Source: an uncultured delta proteobacterium (GTDB lineage Bacteria; Desulfobacterota; Binatia; Binatales; Binataceae). From it: 64,000 bases of DNA. The notes beneath the pieces are model-generated. The model was given only the letters and a program-made list of their open reading frames with translations. It made no database searches and had not been told where the DNA came from. This document shows positions 1-8,337 of the stretch, piece by piece. Location: assembly GCA_963814715.1 (NCBI GenBank), contig CAWFDW010000003.1:216298-280297 (forward strand), read 5' to 3'. Made by a program: the position numbers and the translations under genes. Every line of letters starts with the position of its first letter. The stretch's first letter is position 1.

Positions 1-414
1 TCAGAACAGTAGCCGCGCCCCGCGCAGGTAGGTCGCATCGTCGTCGGTGACCGGCGGACCGGTCTTGATCTGCGCCCAGCTTACCGACTGGTTCAACGTG
101 TTCATCCCGCATTCAACTTCGAAAATTTCGTCGCCATTCGGCTTCTTTACCGGCAGGAAAATATTCGCGGTGCGCGCCGAATTTTGCTCGACCATCCTCG
201 GGTCGGCCTGGAGTCCGGTGCCACTCATGTCGACGCTTTGACCACGAACGCTGTTGCAGATGCGCGCCGGATCGACTCTGCATCCGTTGAGCACCTTCAC
301 TCCCGACGAGCCGCCACCGCCGCCGCTCGACGCGCTCTGCGACGCGCCATTTGACGCGCACGCCGCGACCGTAGTCGATAACAATAAAATCAGAACGAAT
401 GAGCGCAGACGCAT
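1..414 (-). CDS. putative lipoprotein, no family recognised
   Basis: Complete 137-aa ORF (stop TGA at 1-3). The N-terminus MRLRSFVLILLLSTTVAAC has a basic n-region, a hydrophobic core and a VAAC lipobox-like Cys. A Gly/Ser linker (SSGGGGGSS) follows. Confidence 0.55.
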   Translation of the reverse strand: MRLRSFVLILLLSTTVAACASNGASQSASSGGGGGSSGVKVLNGCRVDPARICNSVRGQSVDMSGTGLQADPRMVEQNSARTANIFLPVKKPNGDEIFEVECGMNTLNQSVSWAQIKTGPPVTDDDATYLRGARLLF

Positions 415-609
415 CTGAAATCCCCCCTTTTGAGTTTCACGCTTTGAATTTGGAACCTAGCACTCTGTTATCTAGGGGACAACTCGGGGTGAAACCTCGC
501 GCCAATACGCGACTCCGGCGCGACTTAGTTTGTCAATAGGGGAGGGGGTTGATACCGTCAAACGATTCTCGCACGCGGCTTGGGGGCTTCGTGCTTAGGG
601 GACGATTCG

Positions 610-862
610 ATGCGAAAGATCATCATGTCGGGACTGTTTGCGATCGCGGTGGTGGGACTGGCGTTTGCGGCTGACCTCGATCGTCACGCGGACTTCTCCA
701 ATCCCAAGACGCCGACCGCGGCGGCGGGATGCAAGGGCTTCTACAACCTGGACGACAACCTCACCCCCTGCGACCGACTTCTGCGGCCAGTACCGAACCG
801 ACAACGAAGGCGCGACTTGCGATTGCACCGACGGCAAGTGTCCAGCCGACGACCATCCGTAA
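610..862 (+). CDS. small secreted Cys-rich protein; frame broken at a C5 homopolymer (764-768)
   Basis: ATG 610 gives the signal peptide MRKIIMSGLFAIAVVGLAFA. After ...DDNLTP the sensible continuation ATDFCGQYRTDNEGATCDCTDGKCPADDHP (stop 860-862) lies in the next frame. Deleting one C of the run 764-768 joins the two parts. The unbroken frame instead gives an Arg-rich tail that overlaps the convergent gene. Confidence 0.35.
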
Positions 863-877
863 GCCGGTTCACTGGTT

Positions 878-1471
878 TCACGCGGCGTCGTGGAAGATGA
901 CGCCCATCGCATAGCGCACGCCTGATTTAATCGTGCTGACGCCGTGACGCAGGTTCACGCGATGGTATCCTCTTGCGCCGGCGGCGGGACGATAGCGGTT
1001 CGCGAAGATTATTCCCTCGCCACAGTCGAGCGCGATCGCCTCGCCACGCGATTGCGCGCGCGGGCGCTGCTCGACGAGCAACAATTCCCCGCCGTCGAAA
1101 TCGCGTCCGCGCCGGCTGAGCGCGCAGGTGAATTGCAGCGGAAACGCGACCTCGCCGTATAAATCCTGATGCAGGCAGTTGTAGCCGCCTTCCTCGTAGC
1201 GAAGAATCAGCGGCGTCGGCCGTGTCTGTCCGTGCGCGGCGCAAACTTTCAGGAACTCTGCGAGCGACGGTGGATACGAATCGCGAGTGCGCATCCGCTC
1301 GGCCCATCGATTCGCCGTCGGCGTCAGCTTGCGATACATCGCGACGCGCAAATCTTCGACCAGCGGCGGCATCGGGCGCGCGAAATACTTGTACTCGCCG
1401 ACGCCGTAGCTATGACGCTCCATCACGACGCGGCTGCGAAAGCGCTCGCGATCAGGATACAGCGCGATCAA
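878..1471 (-). CDS. 2OG-Fe(II) oxygenase superfamily protein (PF09859-like); true start probably upstream near 1579
   Basis: Motifs typical of the family: RFRSRVVMERHSYGVGEYKYF, GQTRPTPLILRYEEGGYNCLHQDLYGE, RDFDGGELLLVEQRPR, YHRVNLRHGVS...GVIFHDA. The track start is a TTG inside a conserved segment. The frame stays open and family-like (LDWPRIERDLDAQGYATTGALLRAPECAELIALY) up to about 1579. Confidence 0.8.
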   Translation of the reverse strand: MIALYPDRERFRSRVVMERHSYGVGEYKYFARPMPPLVEDLRVAMYRKLTPTANRWAERMRTRDSYPPSLAEFLKVCAAHGQTRPTPLILRYEEGGYNCLHQDLYGEVAFPLQFTCALSRRGRDFDGGELLLVEQRPRAQSRGEAIALDCGEGIIFANRYRPAAGARGYHRVNLRHGVSTIKSGVRYAMGVIFHDAA

Positions 1472-1592
1472 TTCGGCGCATTCGGGGGCGCGTAACAGCG
1501 CACCGGTCGTCGCGTAACCTTGCGCGTCGAGGTCGCGCTCGATGCGCGGCCAGTCGAGCGCTGCTACGCGATCGCCGATCGACGCTCCAGTC

Positions 1593-2483
1593 TTACGCGG
1601 CGTTGGCGCGGACGAACTCCCCGATCTTCTCGATCGCTTGCTGCCCTTCGTCGAGCATCGGCGCGAAAACCTGGAAGACGTGGATCATATTTTCCCACGG
1701 CTCGAGGGTGACCTTCACGCCCGCCTTGCGCGCGCGCTCCGCGATCCGCGTCGAGTCGTCGAGCAGAGTCTCCGCAGTGCCGACCTGGATCAGCAGCGGC
1801 GGCAGGCCCGCGAGGTCCGCATACAGAGGAGCCGCCAGCGGGCTGCGCGCATTTTGTCCCGCGAGGTAATGCTTCGCCATCTCGAGCAGCCCGTCCTTCT
1901 GCACCATCGGATCGACCGACGCCTTCGACTTCATCGAATCGCCGACACCTTCCAGATCGACCCACGGCGACAAGCATGCGCCCGCGCCGGGGATCGCCAG
2001 CTTGGCGTCGCGAATCGCAACCAGCGTCGCGATAGTGAGGCCACCGCCGGCAGAATCGCCGGCGACCGCGATGCGCGAACTCTTCAGTCCTTGCGCGAGC
2101 ATCCAGCGATAACTGGCGACACTATCCTCGACCGCCGCGGGGAACGGATGCTCCGGCGCGAGCCGGTAGTCGATCAACAGCACGCGCGCCTTCGCCGCCC
2201 GCGAAATTCGCGCCGCCAGATCGCGATGCGTATTGATCGAGCCGATCACGTACCCGCCGCCGTGCAGATAGAGCACCGCGCGGCCCGCGTCGGCGCCGGG
2301 TGCGGTGACCCACTCGGCCTTGACGCCGCCCGCATTCACCGGCTCGCACTTGACGTCAGCGGCGACCGGAAACATCCCGGCCATCTGTTCGAAATTCGCG
2401 CGCGTCTCCTCGACCGTGGGACGGCCCGCGATCGGCTGCGCCTTGAGCATCTGGATAATCTGCTGGAGTTGTTGTTGCGACAT
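1593..2483 (-). CDS. alpha/beta-hydrolase fold-3 esterase/lipase (HSL family)
   Basis: HGGG oxyanion motif (VLYLHGGGY), GDSAGG nucleophile elbow, and typical 296-aa length and layout. Confidence 0.9.
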   Translation of the reverse strand: MSQQQLQQIIQMLKAQPIAGRPTVEETRANFEQMAGMFPVAADVKCEPVNAGGVKAEWVTAPGADAGRAVLYLHGGGYVIGSINTHRDLAARISRAAKARVLLIDYRLAPEHPFPAAVEDSVASYRWMLAQGLKSSRIAVAGDSAGGGLTIATLVAIRDAKLAIPGAGACLSPWVDLEGVGDSMKSKASVDPMVQKDGLLEMAKHYLAGQNARSPLAAPLYADLAGLPPLLIQVGTAETLLDDSTRIAERARKAGVKVTLEPWENMIHVFQVFAPMLDEGQQAIEKIGEFVRANAA

Positions 2484-2620
2484 CGATTCACCTCTCCAAA
2501 GAATTTTGCCGATCGCCGGCGTCGTTCGCGCCCCGACTATAGCGCCGCCCCGCGCAAATCGGCAAAGCGAACAATTGAGTTTGGGCGTTTGCCGTTTTCA
2601 TTCGAGGAGTTCTACAGTCA

Positions 2621-3790
2621 GTGACTATGAAAGTGTCGCTCTTCTACCTACCGTCGGTCGGCAGCAAAGCTGACATCGAAAAAGGGCGCGTCGGATTGCA
2701 GGGTCATCTCTACGATCAGATGCTGCACGACATCACCGGCCAGGCTCGCCTCGCCGATGACCTCGGCTACGACTCGATCAGTTTCACCGAGCATCACTTT
2801 CACGTCGAAGGCTTCGAGCTGTCGAACAATCCCGTGCTGCTCGACTTGTACATCGCGATGCAGACCAAGCGTCTGCGCGTCGGCCAGCTCGGGATCGTGC
2901 TGCCGTCGCAGAATCCGCTGCGCGTCGCCGAGGATATCGCGATGCTCGATCACATGACCGGCGGGCGCGCCAACGCCGGCTTCGCGCGCGGCTATCAGCG
3001 GCGATGGGTCGATATCATGGCGCAGCAGACGCATGGAATTCACGGCGCGCTGCCGCATCAGCACGACGAGATCGACAACGCCAATCGCGCGGCCTTCGAG
3101 GAAAATTTTCGCATCATCAAGCAGGCCTGGACCCAGGATTTTCTTTCGTACGAGGGGAAGTACTGGCGTGTGCCGCCCGGCGAGACGCCGTGGACCCTCG
3201 ACGCGACTGCGAAATGGGGCGGCGGCGTCGAAAATGGAATCGTGCGCGCGGTATCGGTCGTGCCGAAGCCGGTCCAGAAACCGCATCCACCGATCTTCCA
3301 GCCGTTCGCGTCGTCGGAACGCAGCATCCGATGGTGTGCGCAGGAGGGCGTCACCGCGATTCTGCCGCCGCTGCATCCGTCGCTCGAACATCAACTGTGC
3401 GAAGTCTATGCGGAAGTCTCGAAGAAGCCGCTGGGCGAAGGGATGGGCGCGCTGCGCGATATCGTGATCGCGGACAGCGACGACGAGGCGCGCGCAATCT
3501 GGCGTGAGAGCGGTTACTTCTGCGGCCACGAATGGTTCGAGCCGTTCGGATTCTCGAAGGGTCTCGACGATCCCAAAACCGGTGAGCCCGCCGATCTATG
3601 GAGCAACGGTCTGGCGTTCGTCGGCACCGTCGACACCGTCACGCGTCAAGTCGAGCACCTGCTCAAGCGCCTGCCGATTCGATGGATCTTCGCATGGATG
3701 TACAACGGCCTGATGCCGCACGACCGCCTGATGAAAACGATCGAGCTGTTCTGGACGAAAGTCCTCCCCCGCGTAACCAACACGAACTAA
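2621..3790 (+). CDS. LLM-class (luciferase-like) flavin-dependent oxidoreductase
   Basis: 389 aa. N-terminal LGYDSISFTEHHF and LRVGQLGIVLPSQNPLRVAEDIAMLDHMTGGRANAGFARG are characteristic of luciferase-like monooxygenases. Confidence 0.85.
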   Translation: MTMKVSLFYLPSVGSKADIEKGRVGLQGHLYDQMLHDITGQARLADDLGYDSISFTEHHFHVEGFELSNNPVLLDLYIAMQTKRLRVGQLGIVLPSQNPLRVAEDIAMLDHMTGGRANAGFARGYQRRWVDIMAQQTHGIHGALPHQHDEIDNANRAAFEENFRIIKQAWTQDFLSYEGKYWRVPPGETPWTLDATAKWGGGVENGIVRAVSVVPKPVQKPHPPIFQPFASSERSIRWCAQEGVTAILPPLHPSLEHQLCEVYAEVSKKPLGEGMGALRDIVIADSDDEARAIWRESGYFCGHEWFEPFGFSKGLDDPKTGEPADLWSNGLAFVGTVDTVTRQVEHLLKRLPIRWIFAWMYNGLMPHDRLMKTIELFWTKVLPRVTNTN

Positions 3791-3803
3791 TCTCCCTCCG
3801 GTT

Positions 3804-3839
3804 CCCCTTCCCACTATGGGAAGGGGTTAGGGGTTAGGT
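3804..3839 (+). repeat. hairpin repeat copy 1: CCCCTTCCC-ACTAT-GGGAAGGGG-TTAGGGGTTAGGT
   Basis: Perfect 9-bp stem 14 nt after the stop of the LLM gene. Near-identical copies lie at 8233-8260 and 49040-49075, with a half copy at 30931-30957. Confidence 0.75.
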
Positions 3840-3886
3840 CGGTGCGTAATTGACACCGACCCACTAACACCTCACACTGCCCCGCA

Positions 3887-4444
3887 ATGCGATTAATTGC
3901 CGTCTGTCTCCTCGCGTCCGTTTTGGTCCCCTCACTAACCCGCGCACAGGATGTTCCCGTCTTCGCGATCACGCCGGTACAAAGCTCGATCAAATTCAAC
4001 GTGAAGGCATCGGTGGCGATAGCCGGCACGTTCGACCAGTGGAACTCCAGTTTGACTTTCACATCTACCGACGTGACGACAGGGGTCTTGGACGTCGAGA
4101 TTCAGGCGGCCACTGTCGATACGGGAAGCGGTCTGAAGGACAGCAAGCTAAAGGGCCCTGACTTCTTCGACGCCGCCAACAATCCGTTGATCACGTTCAA
4201 GTCGACGCGTATTTCACAGACCGGTCCGGCCACCTTCGAGGTGGACGGCAACTTTACAATTCGCGGAGTCACCAGACCTGAGTCGCTGACACTTACGGTG
4301 TCCGGCGTCGGTACCGGCTCAGGCACGATTAACGGGACGCTGTACTTCGACCGCAAGGACTACGGGATGACCAGCGGCATTCCCTTCATCAGAATCGCCG
4401 ACCGCGTAGAAGTGAACGTCGACCTCAAGGGGACCCGGAGTTAG
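3887..4444 (+). CDS. YceI-like periplasmic (polyisoprenoid-binding) protein
   Basis: Signal peptide, then SSIKFNVKA...GTF...W.SSLTF, TGSGLKDSKLKGPDFFD, ITFKST and NFTIRGVT...DRKDYGM, the typical YceI domain pattern. Confidence 0.85.
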   Translation: MRLIAVCLLASVLVPSLTRAQDVPVFAITPVQSSIKFNVKASVAIAGTFDQWNSSLTFTSTDVTTGVLDVEIQAATVDTGSGLKDSKLKGPDFFDAANNPLITFKSTRISQTGPATFEVDGNFTIRGVTRPESLTLTVSGVGTGSGTINGTLYFDRKDYGMTSGIPFIRIADRVEVNVDLKGTRS

Positions 4445-4548
4445 CGGGCCTCAATTGGTTCTGAAGCAATAGCCCCGTCGATCTCAACGCGATTCCTCAT
4501 ACCCTCGCGCCCGCTCTCCGCCGCACGCTAAGATTCCACGACGCAGTC

Positions 4549-6597
4549 GTGCAAATTCTCACCTCACACACGTTCCTCGAAGATCTCGCGATGGTACTAT
4601 GCGTCGCCGCGATCACCACGATCATCTTTCAGAAAATCCGCCAGCCGGTCGTCGTCGGTTATCTAATCGCCGGCTTGATCGTCGGCCCCAACGTTCCGAT
4701 TCCTCTGCTCGCCGACCCCGAGCGCATCCACACGCTCTCCGAGCTCGGCGTGATCCTCCTGATGTTCGCGCTTGGGCTCGAGTTCAGCGTGCGCAAGCTG
4801 ATTCGCCTCGGCCCGACGTCGGGATTTATCACCGCGCTGCAGGTCGGCTTCATGATCTGGCTCGGCTACGTGTGCGGCCGCGCGCTGGGATGGACGCCGC
4901 TCGAGAGCATCTTCACCGGCGCGATTCTCTCCATCTCGAGCACGACCATCGTCGCCAAGGCCTACCAGGAAACGCCCGTCTCCGACCGCTTGCGGGAACT
5001 GGTGTTCGGTGTGCTGCTCGCCGAAGATCTCACCGCCGTCGTCGAGCTCGCGATTCTGACGACGCTGGCTTCGGGCGCGAGCGTGTCGGCGTCGTTGATG
5101 ACGGTGACGGTTGCGCGGCTGATCCTGTTCCTCGTCGCATTCGTCGGCATCGGATTCATCGTGGTGCCGCCGATTGTGCGTTTCGTCGTGCGGATGGACC
5201 GGCCGGAGACGACGCTGGTCGCGGTCGTCGGCATTTGTTTCGCCTTCGCGCTCCTTGCCGAGCACGCCGGTTATTCAGTCGCGCTCGGCGCGTTCCTGTC
5301 GGGCTCTCTCGTCGCGGAGTCGGGCGAGGTCGAGCAGATAGAGCATCTGGTCGCCCCGTTGCGCGACATCTTCGGCGCGGTGTTCTTTGTTTCGGTCGGC
5401 ATGATGATCGATCCAAAGCTCATCGCGGAGCATTGGCAGGCCTTGATCGTGCTGACGGCGGCAGTCGTCGGCGGAAAAATTGTTGGCGTCACGTTCGCTT
5501 CGATCCTGAGCGGCGTCGGCACGAAGACTTCGATCGAAGCCGGCATGAGTCTGTCGCAGATCGGCGAGTTCTCGTTCATCATCGCGGGCGCGGGACTGAA
5601 GACCGGGGCCGCGCGCGATTTTCTCTACACGCTCGCAGTCGCAGTCTCCGCCGTAACAACTTTCCTGACGCCGTACATGATTCGCGGGTCGATCCCCTTC
5701 GCAGAATTCGTTTCCGCGCGGATGCCGCGGCAGCTCAAGGTGCTCGAGGCGCTCTACGACTCGTGGTTCGAGCGGATTCGCAATGCGGGACAGCCGGCGA
5801 AGGAAGCCAACTCTATTGCATGGCCGACCGCCGCGATCGTGTCGAGCGCCGTTCTGATTGGCGCAATTCTGATCGTCAACGAGCGCGATCCGCTCGACGT
5901 GACGACCACCGTCGCGAGCATGGAACATCTCTCGTATTTCAACGCCGGCCTGTTCGTCGATGCGTTTGCGCTGCTGCTGTGCGCGCTGCCCGCAGCCGCG
6001 ATGTATTTCGCGTCGCGCCGCCTCGCGACCGCGCTTGCGTCGCGCGCCTTCGCCGAACTTCCTGCAGACGGAGCGCCCGTGATGAGCGCGTTGATCGAAC
6101 TACTCCAGATCACGATTTTGCTGGTCGCCGCTGTGCCGCTGCTCGCGATCGTTCAGCCGTTTATCGCGCCGTTTGAAGGAATCGGGATGATACTGATTAC
6201 GATCGTGCTGATGACCGTCATCGTGGCCCGAGCCGCGCGCCAGATGCAGGGTCAGCTCCGCAACGCAACTCAAATGATCCGCGCAGCGCTCGGCGGCCGG
6301 GCCGATGCGGATTCGTACGAAGTCCCCGGCATCGGAATGATCACTCCGGTGCCCCTGCGCGCTGAGAGCGAAGGCGTTGGCAAAAAACTGTCCGAACTGG
6401 ACCTCCACACCAGCACCGGCGCCATTGTGATAGCGATCGGACGCCGCGATTCTGAAGTCGTCGTCCCGACCGGCGACGAAATCCTGCGCGAGGGTGACAT
6501 CCTCGAACTGGCCGGCTCAATCGATGCTGTCGCCGCCGCTCGTCGACTTCTCGAAACAGCGCACCCGGATATCGCTCAGCAACAAGCCTCTCCGTAG
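4549..6597 (+). CDS. CPA2 monovalent cation:proton antiporter with C-terminal RCK_C/TrkA-C domain
   Basis: 682 aa with about 12 TM helices. N-terminal QPVVVGYLIAGLIVGP and LGVILLMFALGLEF motifs. The C-terminus (GKKLSELDL...GAIVIAIGRRD...VVPTGDEILREGDILELAG) looks like TrkA-C. Confidence 0.9.
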   Translation: MQILTSHTFLEDLAMVLCVAAITTIIFQKIRQPVVVGYLIAGLIVGPNVPIPLLADPERIHTLSELGVILLMFALGLEFSVRKLIRLGPTSGFITALQVGFMIWLGYVCGRALGWTPLESIFTGAILSISSTTIVAKAYQETPVSDRLRELVFGVLLAEDLTAVVELAILTTLASGASVSASLMTVTVARLILFLVAFVGIGFIVVPPIVRFVVRMDRPETTLVAVVGICFAFALLAEHAGYSVALGAFLSGSLVAESGEVEQIEHLVAPLRDIFGAVFFVSVGMMIDPKLIAEHWQALIVLTAAVVGGKIVGVTFASILSGVGTKTSIEAGMSLSQIGEFSFIIAGAGLKTGAARDFLYTLAVAVSAVTTFLTPYMIRGSIPFAEFVSARMPRQLKVLEALYDSWFERIRNAGQPAKEANSIAWPTAAIVSSAVLIGAILIVNERDPLDVTTTVASMEHLSYFNAGLFVDAFALLLCALPAAAMYFASRRLATALASRAFAELPADGAPVMSALIELLQITILLVAAVPLLAIVQPFIAPFEGIGMILITIVLMTVIVARAARQMQGQLRNATQMIRAALGGRADADSYEVPGIGMITPVPLRAESEGVGKKLSELDLHTSTGAIVIAIGRRDSEVVVPTGDEILREGDILELAGSIDAVAAARRLLETAHPDIAQQQASP

Positions 6598-6690
6598 TGA
6601 TTCACGAGGTGGCGACGCACAGGCACCGACCTGTTATATTCCGTCGCCTCGAATCTGAACGAAGCAGATTGGCTATGGGGAGGGGAATCT

Positions 6691-7230
6691 GTGAAAGCAC
6701 GAAAGGCAACGGTGGGGTTGCTTGCCGCGACAGTCTTGGTGTTCGCGGCGGCAAATGTTCAAGCAGCGAAGGGAGCGACGTGCAAATCGAACAGCAAGGG
6801 CGATGTTATGCACACCGGCACTGATGGGAGCGATTGCGAAGCGGACGCGACTACCGGCGGCAAGGCGAAGGCAATCGCGAAGACAGGCGGTTCCGCGGAC
6901 GCCGGGGCTGATACTCATGGCAAGGCAACAGCCATCGCGACTGGAGAAGGCACTGCGACAGCTAGCGCTGACTCGCACTCCAAGGCGACCGCGAATGCGA
7001 GTGGATCGGGCACTGCTAACGCTTCAGCGGACGTAAGTGGGTGTATAGCCACAGCTAACGCATCCTCAAGTGGAACGGCCGAAGCGCTATGTGAGACCGG
7101 CGGATTCGCGCACGCGACGGCGACCAACGGCGGGACTGCGGAAGCCTTCGACGATGCGACACCGCTATGTGATCCCGGCCCTCCTCCCGGAACTGCGACC
7201 GTGAAAAGCTCGGGTGGCAATTGCCCATAG
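6691..7230 (+). CDS. secreted Ala/Gly/Thr/Ser-rich decapeptide-repeat protein, paralogue 1
   Basis: GTG start 6 nt after GGGAGGGGAATC. Signal peptide MKARKATVGLLAATVLVFAAANVQA. About 10 tandem units of 10 aa (xxxGxAxAxA, e.g. TGGKAKAIA/KTGGSADAGA/DTHGKATAIA/TGEGTATASA). The Cys-containing N-cap and the C-terminal box ATATNGGTAEAFD..PLCDPGPPPGTATVKSSGGNC are shared with the next gene. Confidence 0.75.
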   Translation: MKARKATVGLLAATVLVFAAANVQAAKGATCKSNSKGDVMHTGTDGSDCEADATTGGKAKAIAKTGGSADAGADTHGKATAIATGEGTATASADSHSKATANASGSGTANASADVSGCIATANASSSGTAEALCETGGFAHATATNGGTAEAFDDATPLCDPGPPPGTATVKSSGGNCP

Positions 7231-7359
7231 TTTCTAGTTTTCGATCAGCCTTGAGCGAGGCTGCCGCGCTTCGACTTGAATTCGCGCTCCTCTACAACCA
7301 GCCTCGCCGTATTACGTCCCCAAGAGTACTGGAAACGATAGGGCGCATCATAAGGATGT

Positions 7360-7388
7360 TTGACACAGCGGCGCGCTCCGTCATTATA
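7360..7388 (+). promoter_or_regulatory. candidate sigma70-type promoter of paralogue 2 (TTGACA-17 nt-ATTATA)
   Basis: TTGACA at 7360-7365 and ATTATA at 7383-7388, about 50 nt upstream of the TTG start at 7439, inside an AT-richer 208-nt spacer. Confidence 0.35.
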
Positions 7389-7438
7389 GGCGGGCAACCT
7401 GGGACGGAAATAACGTTCGGGATGCGGGAGGGGAATCA

Positions 7439-8173
7439 TTGAAATCACGAAAGGCGACGATAGGGTTAATTGCCGCAATGCTCCTGGTATTCGCGGCGCC
7501 GCAGGCCGACGCCAAGAGCAAAGCCAAGCCGACTGTGAAGTGCGTTAAGAAGACCAACGCCAGTACCGACCTCCACGGCGCTGACGGAAGCGAGTGCTTC
7601 GCCAGTTCAGATGGCACGGGGAAAGCGACCGCAAACGCGACCGGAAACCAAAGCTTTTCGGATGCCGAGGTGTCGACCGGCGGCAAGTCCAAGGCGACTG
7701 CGAAGAGTGGCGGCTTTTCGGAGGCCACATCGGACTCCGGAGGCAACTCAACGAGCAGCGCTTCGGGCAACGGTAGTGCGGGTGCCGTTAGTGACGAGAA
7801 TGGTATGGCAGATGCCACAGCGACCGGAGAGGGCTCGGCCAATGCGTCAGGATTCGGTGGAACGGCGACAGCCACTGCCGCTGGAAGCGGCAGCAGCACT
7901 GCGGAAGCGGACGCGGCCGGTGGCATGGCGACAGCCAGTTCCGATTCAAGCGGCAGCAGCACTGCGGAAGCGGACGCGAATTGCACGGCCAAGGCAGTCA
8001 GCAGCGGAAGTGGCAGTGCCACCGCAAATTGTGGGCGCAGCGGCACCCACGCGCGTGCGACCGCAACCAACGGCGGGTCCGCGCAGGCCTTCGACAATAA
8101 GCCACCAGTCTGTGATCCCGGCCCGCCTCCAGGCACCGCGAAAGTTCGCAGCTCGAGCGGCGACTGCGGATAG
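7439..8173 (+). CDS. secreted Ala/Gly/Thr/Ser-rich decapeptide-repeat protein, paralogue 2
   Basis: TTG start preceded by the same GGGAGGGGAATC box. Homologous signal peptide (MKSRKATIGLIAAMLLVFAAPQADA), about 16 repeat units, and the same C-terminal box (ATATNGGSAQAFD..PVCDPGPPPGTAKVRSSSGDC). Confidence 0.75.
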   Translation: MKSRKATIGLIAAMLLVFAAPQADAKSKAKPTVKCVKKTNASTDLHGADGSECFASSDGTGKATANATGNQSFSDAEVSTGGKSKATAKSGGFSEATSDSGGNSTSSASGNGSAGAVSDENGMADATATGEGSANASGFGGTATATAAGSGSSTAEADAAGGMATASSDSSGSSTAEADANCTAKAVSSGSGSATANCGRSGTHARATATNGGSAQAFDNKPPVCDPGPPPGTAKVRSSSGDCG

Positions 8174-8232
8174 CGAGATATCTTCCTCTTCCTCTCTACC
8201 TCGACTTGTTTAGAAACATGGCCAGACGATAG

Positions 8233-8260
8233 CCCCTTTCCTTTAGGGAAGGGTTAGGTC
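8233..8260 (+). repeat. hairpin repeat copy 2 (degenerate): CCCCTTTCC-TTTA-GGGAAGGG-TTAGGTC
   Basis: Same family as 3804-3839. It lies 60 nt after the stop of the gene 7439-8173. Confidence 0.6.
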
Positions 8261-8337
8261 TTCCTGCGCGGTTTGCATCGTCGTCCCGGCGGTCGTAACG
8301 TTCTCGCGTTCGCACTACTGATCTTCGCGAGGTTGAT

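Noticed and set aside
4599-6176. 525-aa alternative-frame ORF inside the CPA2 antiporter gene. Similar long shadow ORFs elsewhere: 1542-2624, 18802-19596, 23524-24333, 26421-27428, 36828-37754, 37743-38939, 38943-39806, 39661-40830, 40827-41597, 46370-47269, 50374-52251, 50558-51259.
   Set aside because: All are Arg/Pro/Ala/Gly-rich translations typical of off-frame or antisense reading of high-GC genes. Each overlaps a gene with clear family motifs, and none has a recognisable motif of its own.
7221-7442. 73-aa ORF in the spacer between the two repeat-protein genes
   Set aside because: No SD and poor composition. The spacer better fits a promoter and 5' UTR (TTGACA-17-ATTATA at 7360-7388).
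6915-8136. Minus-strand ORFs 6915-7220 and 7384-8136, antisense to the decapeptide-repeat genes
   Set aside because: GCN/NGC-rich repeats stay open on the opposite strand. These ORFs lack signal peptides and SD sequences, while the plus-strand genes have conserved RBS, signal peptide and terminal boxes.
6691-8173. CRISPR array or other non-coding tandem repeat underlying the 30-nt periodicity
   Set aside because: The periodicity is at the protein level (10 aa) with divergent DNA units. There are no conserved direct repeats separated by unique spacers. A clear signal peptide and conserved termini are present.
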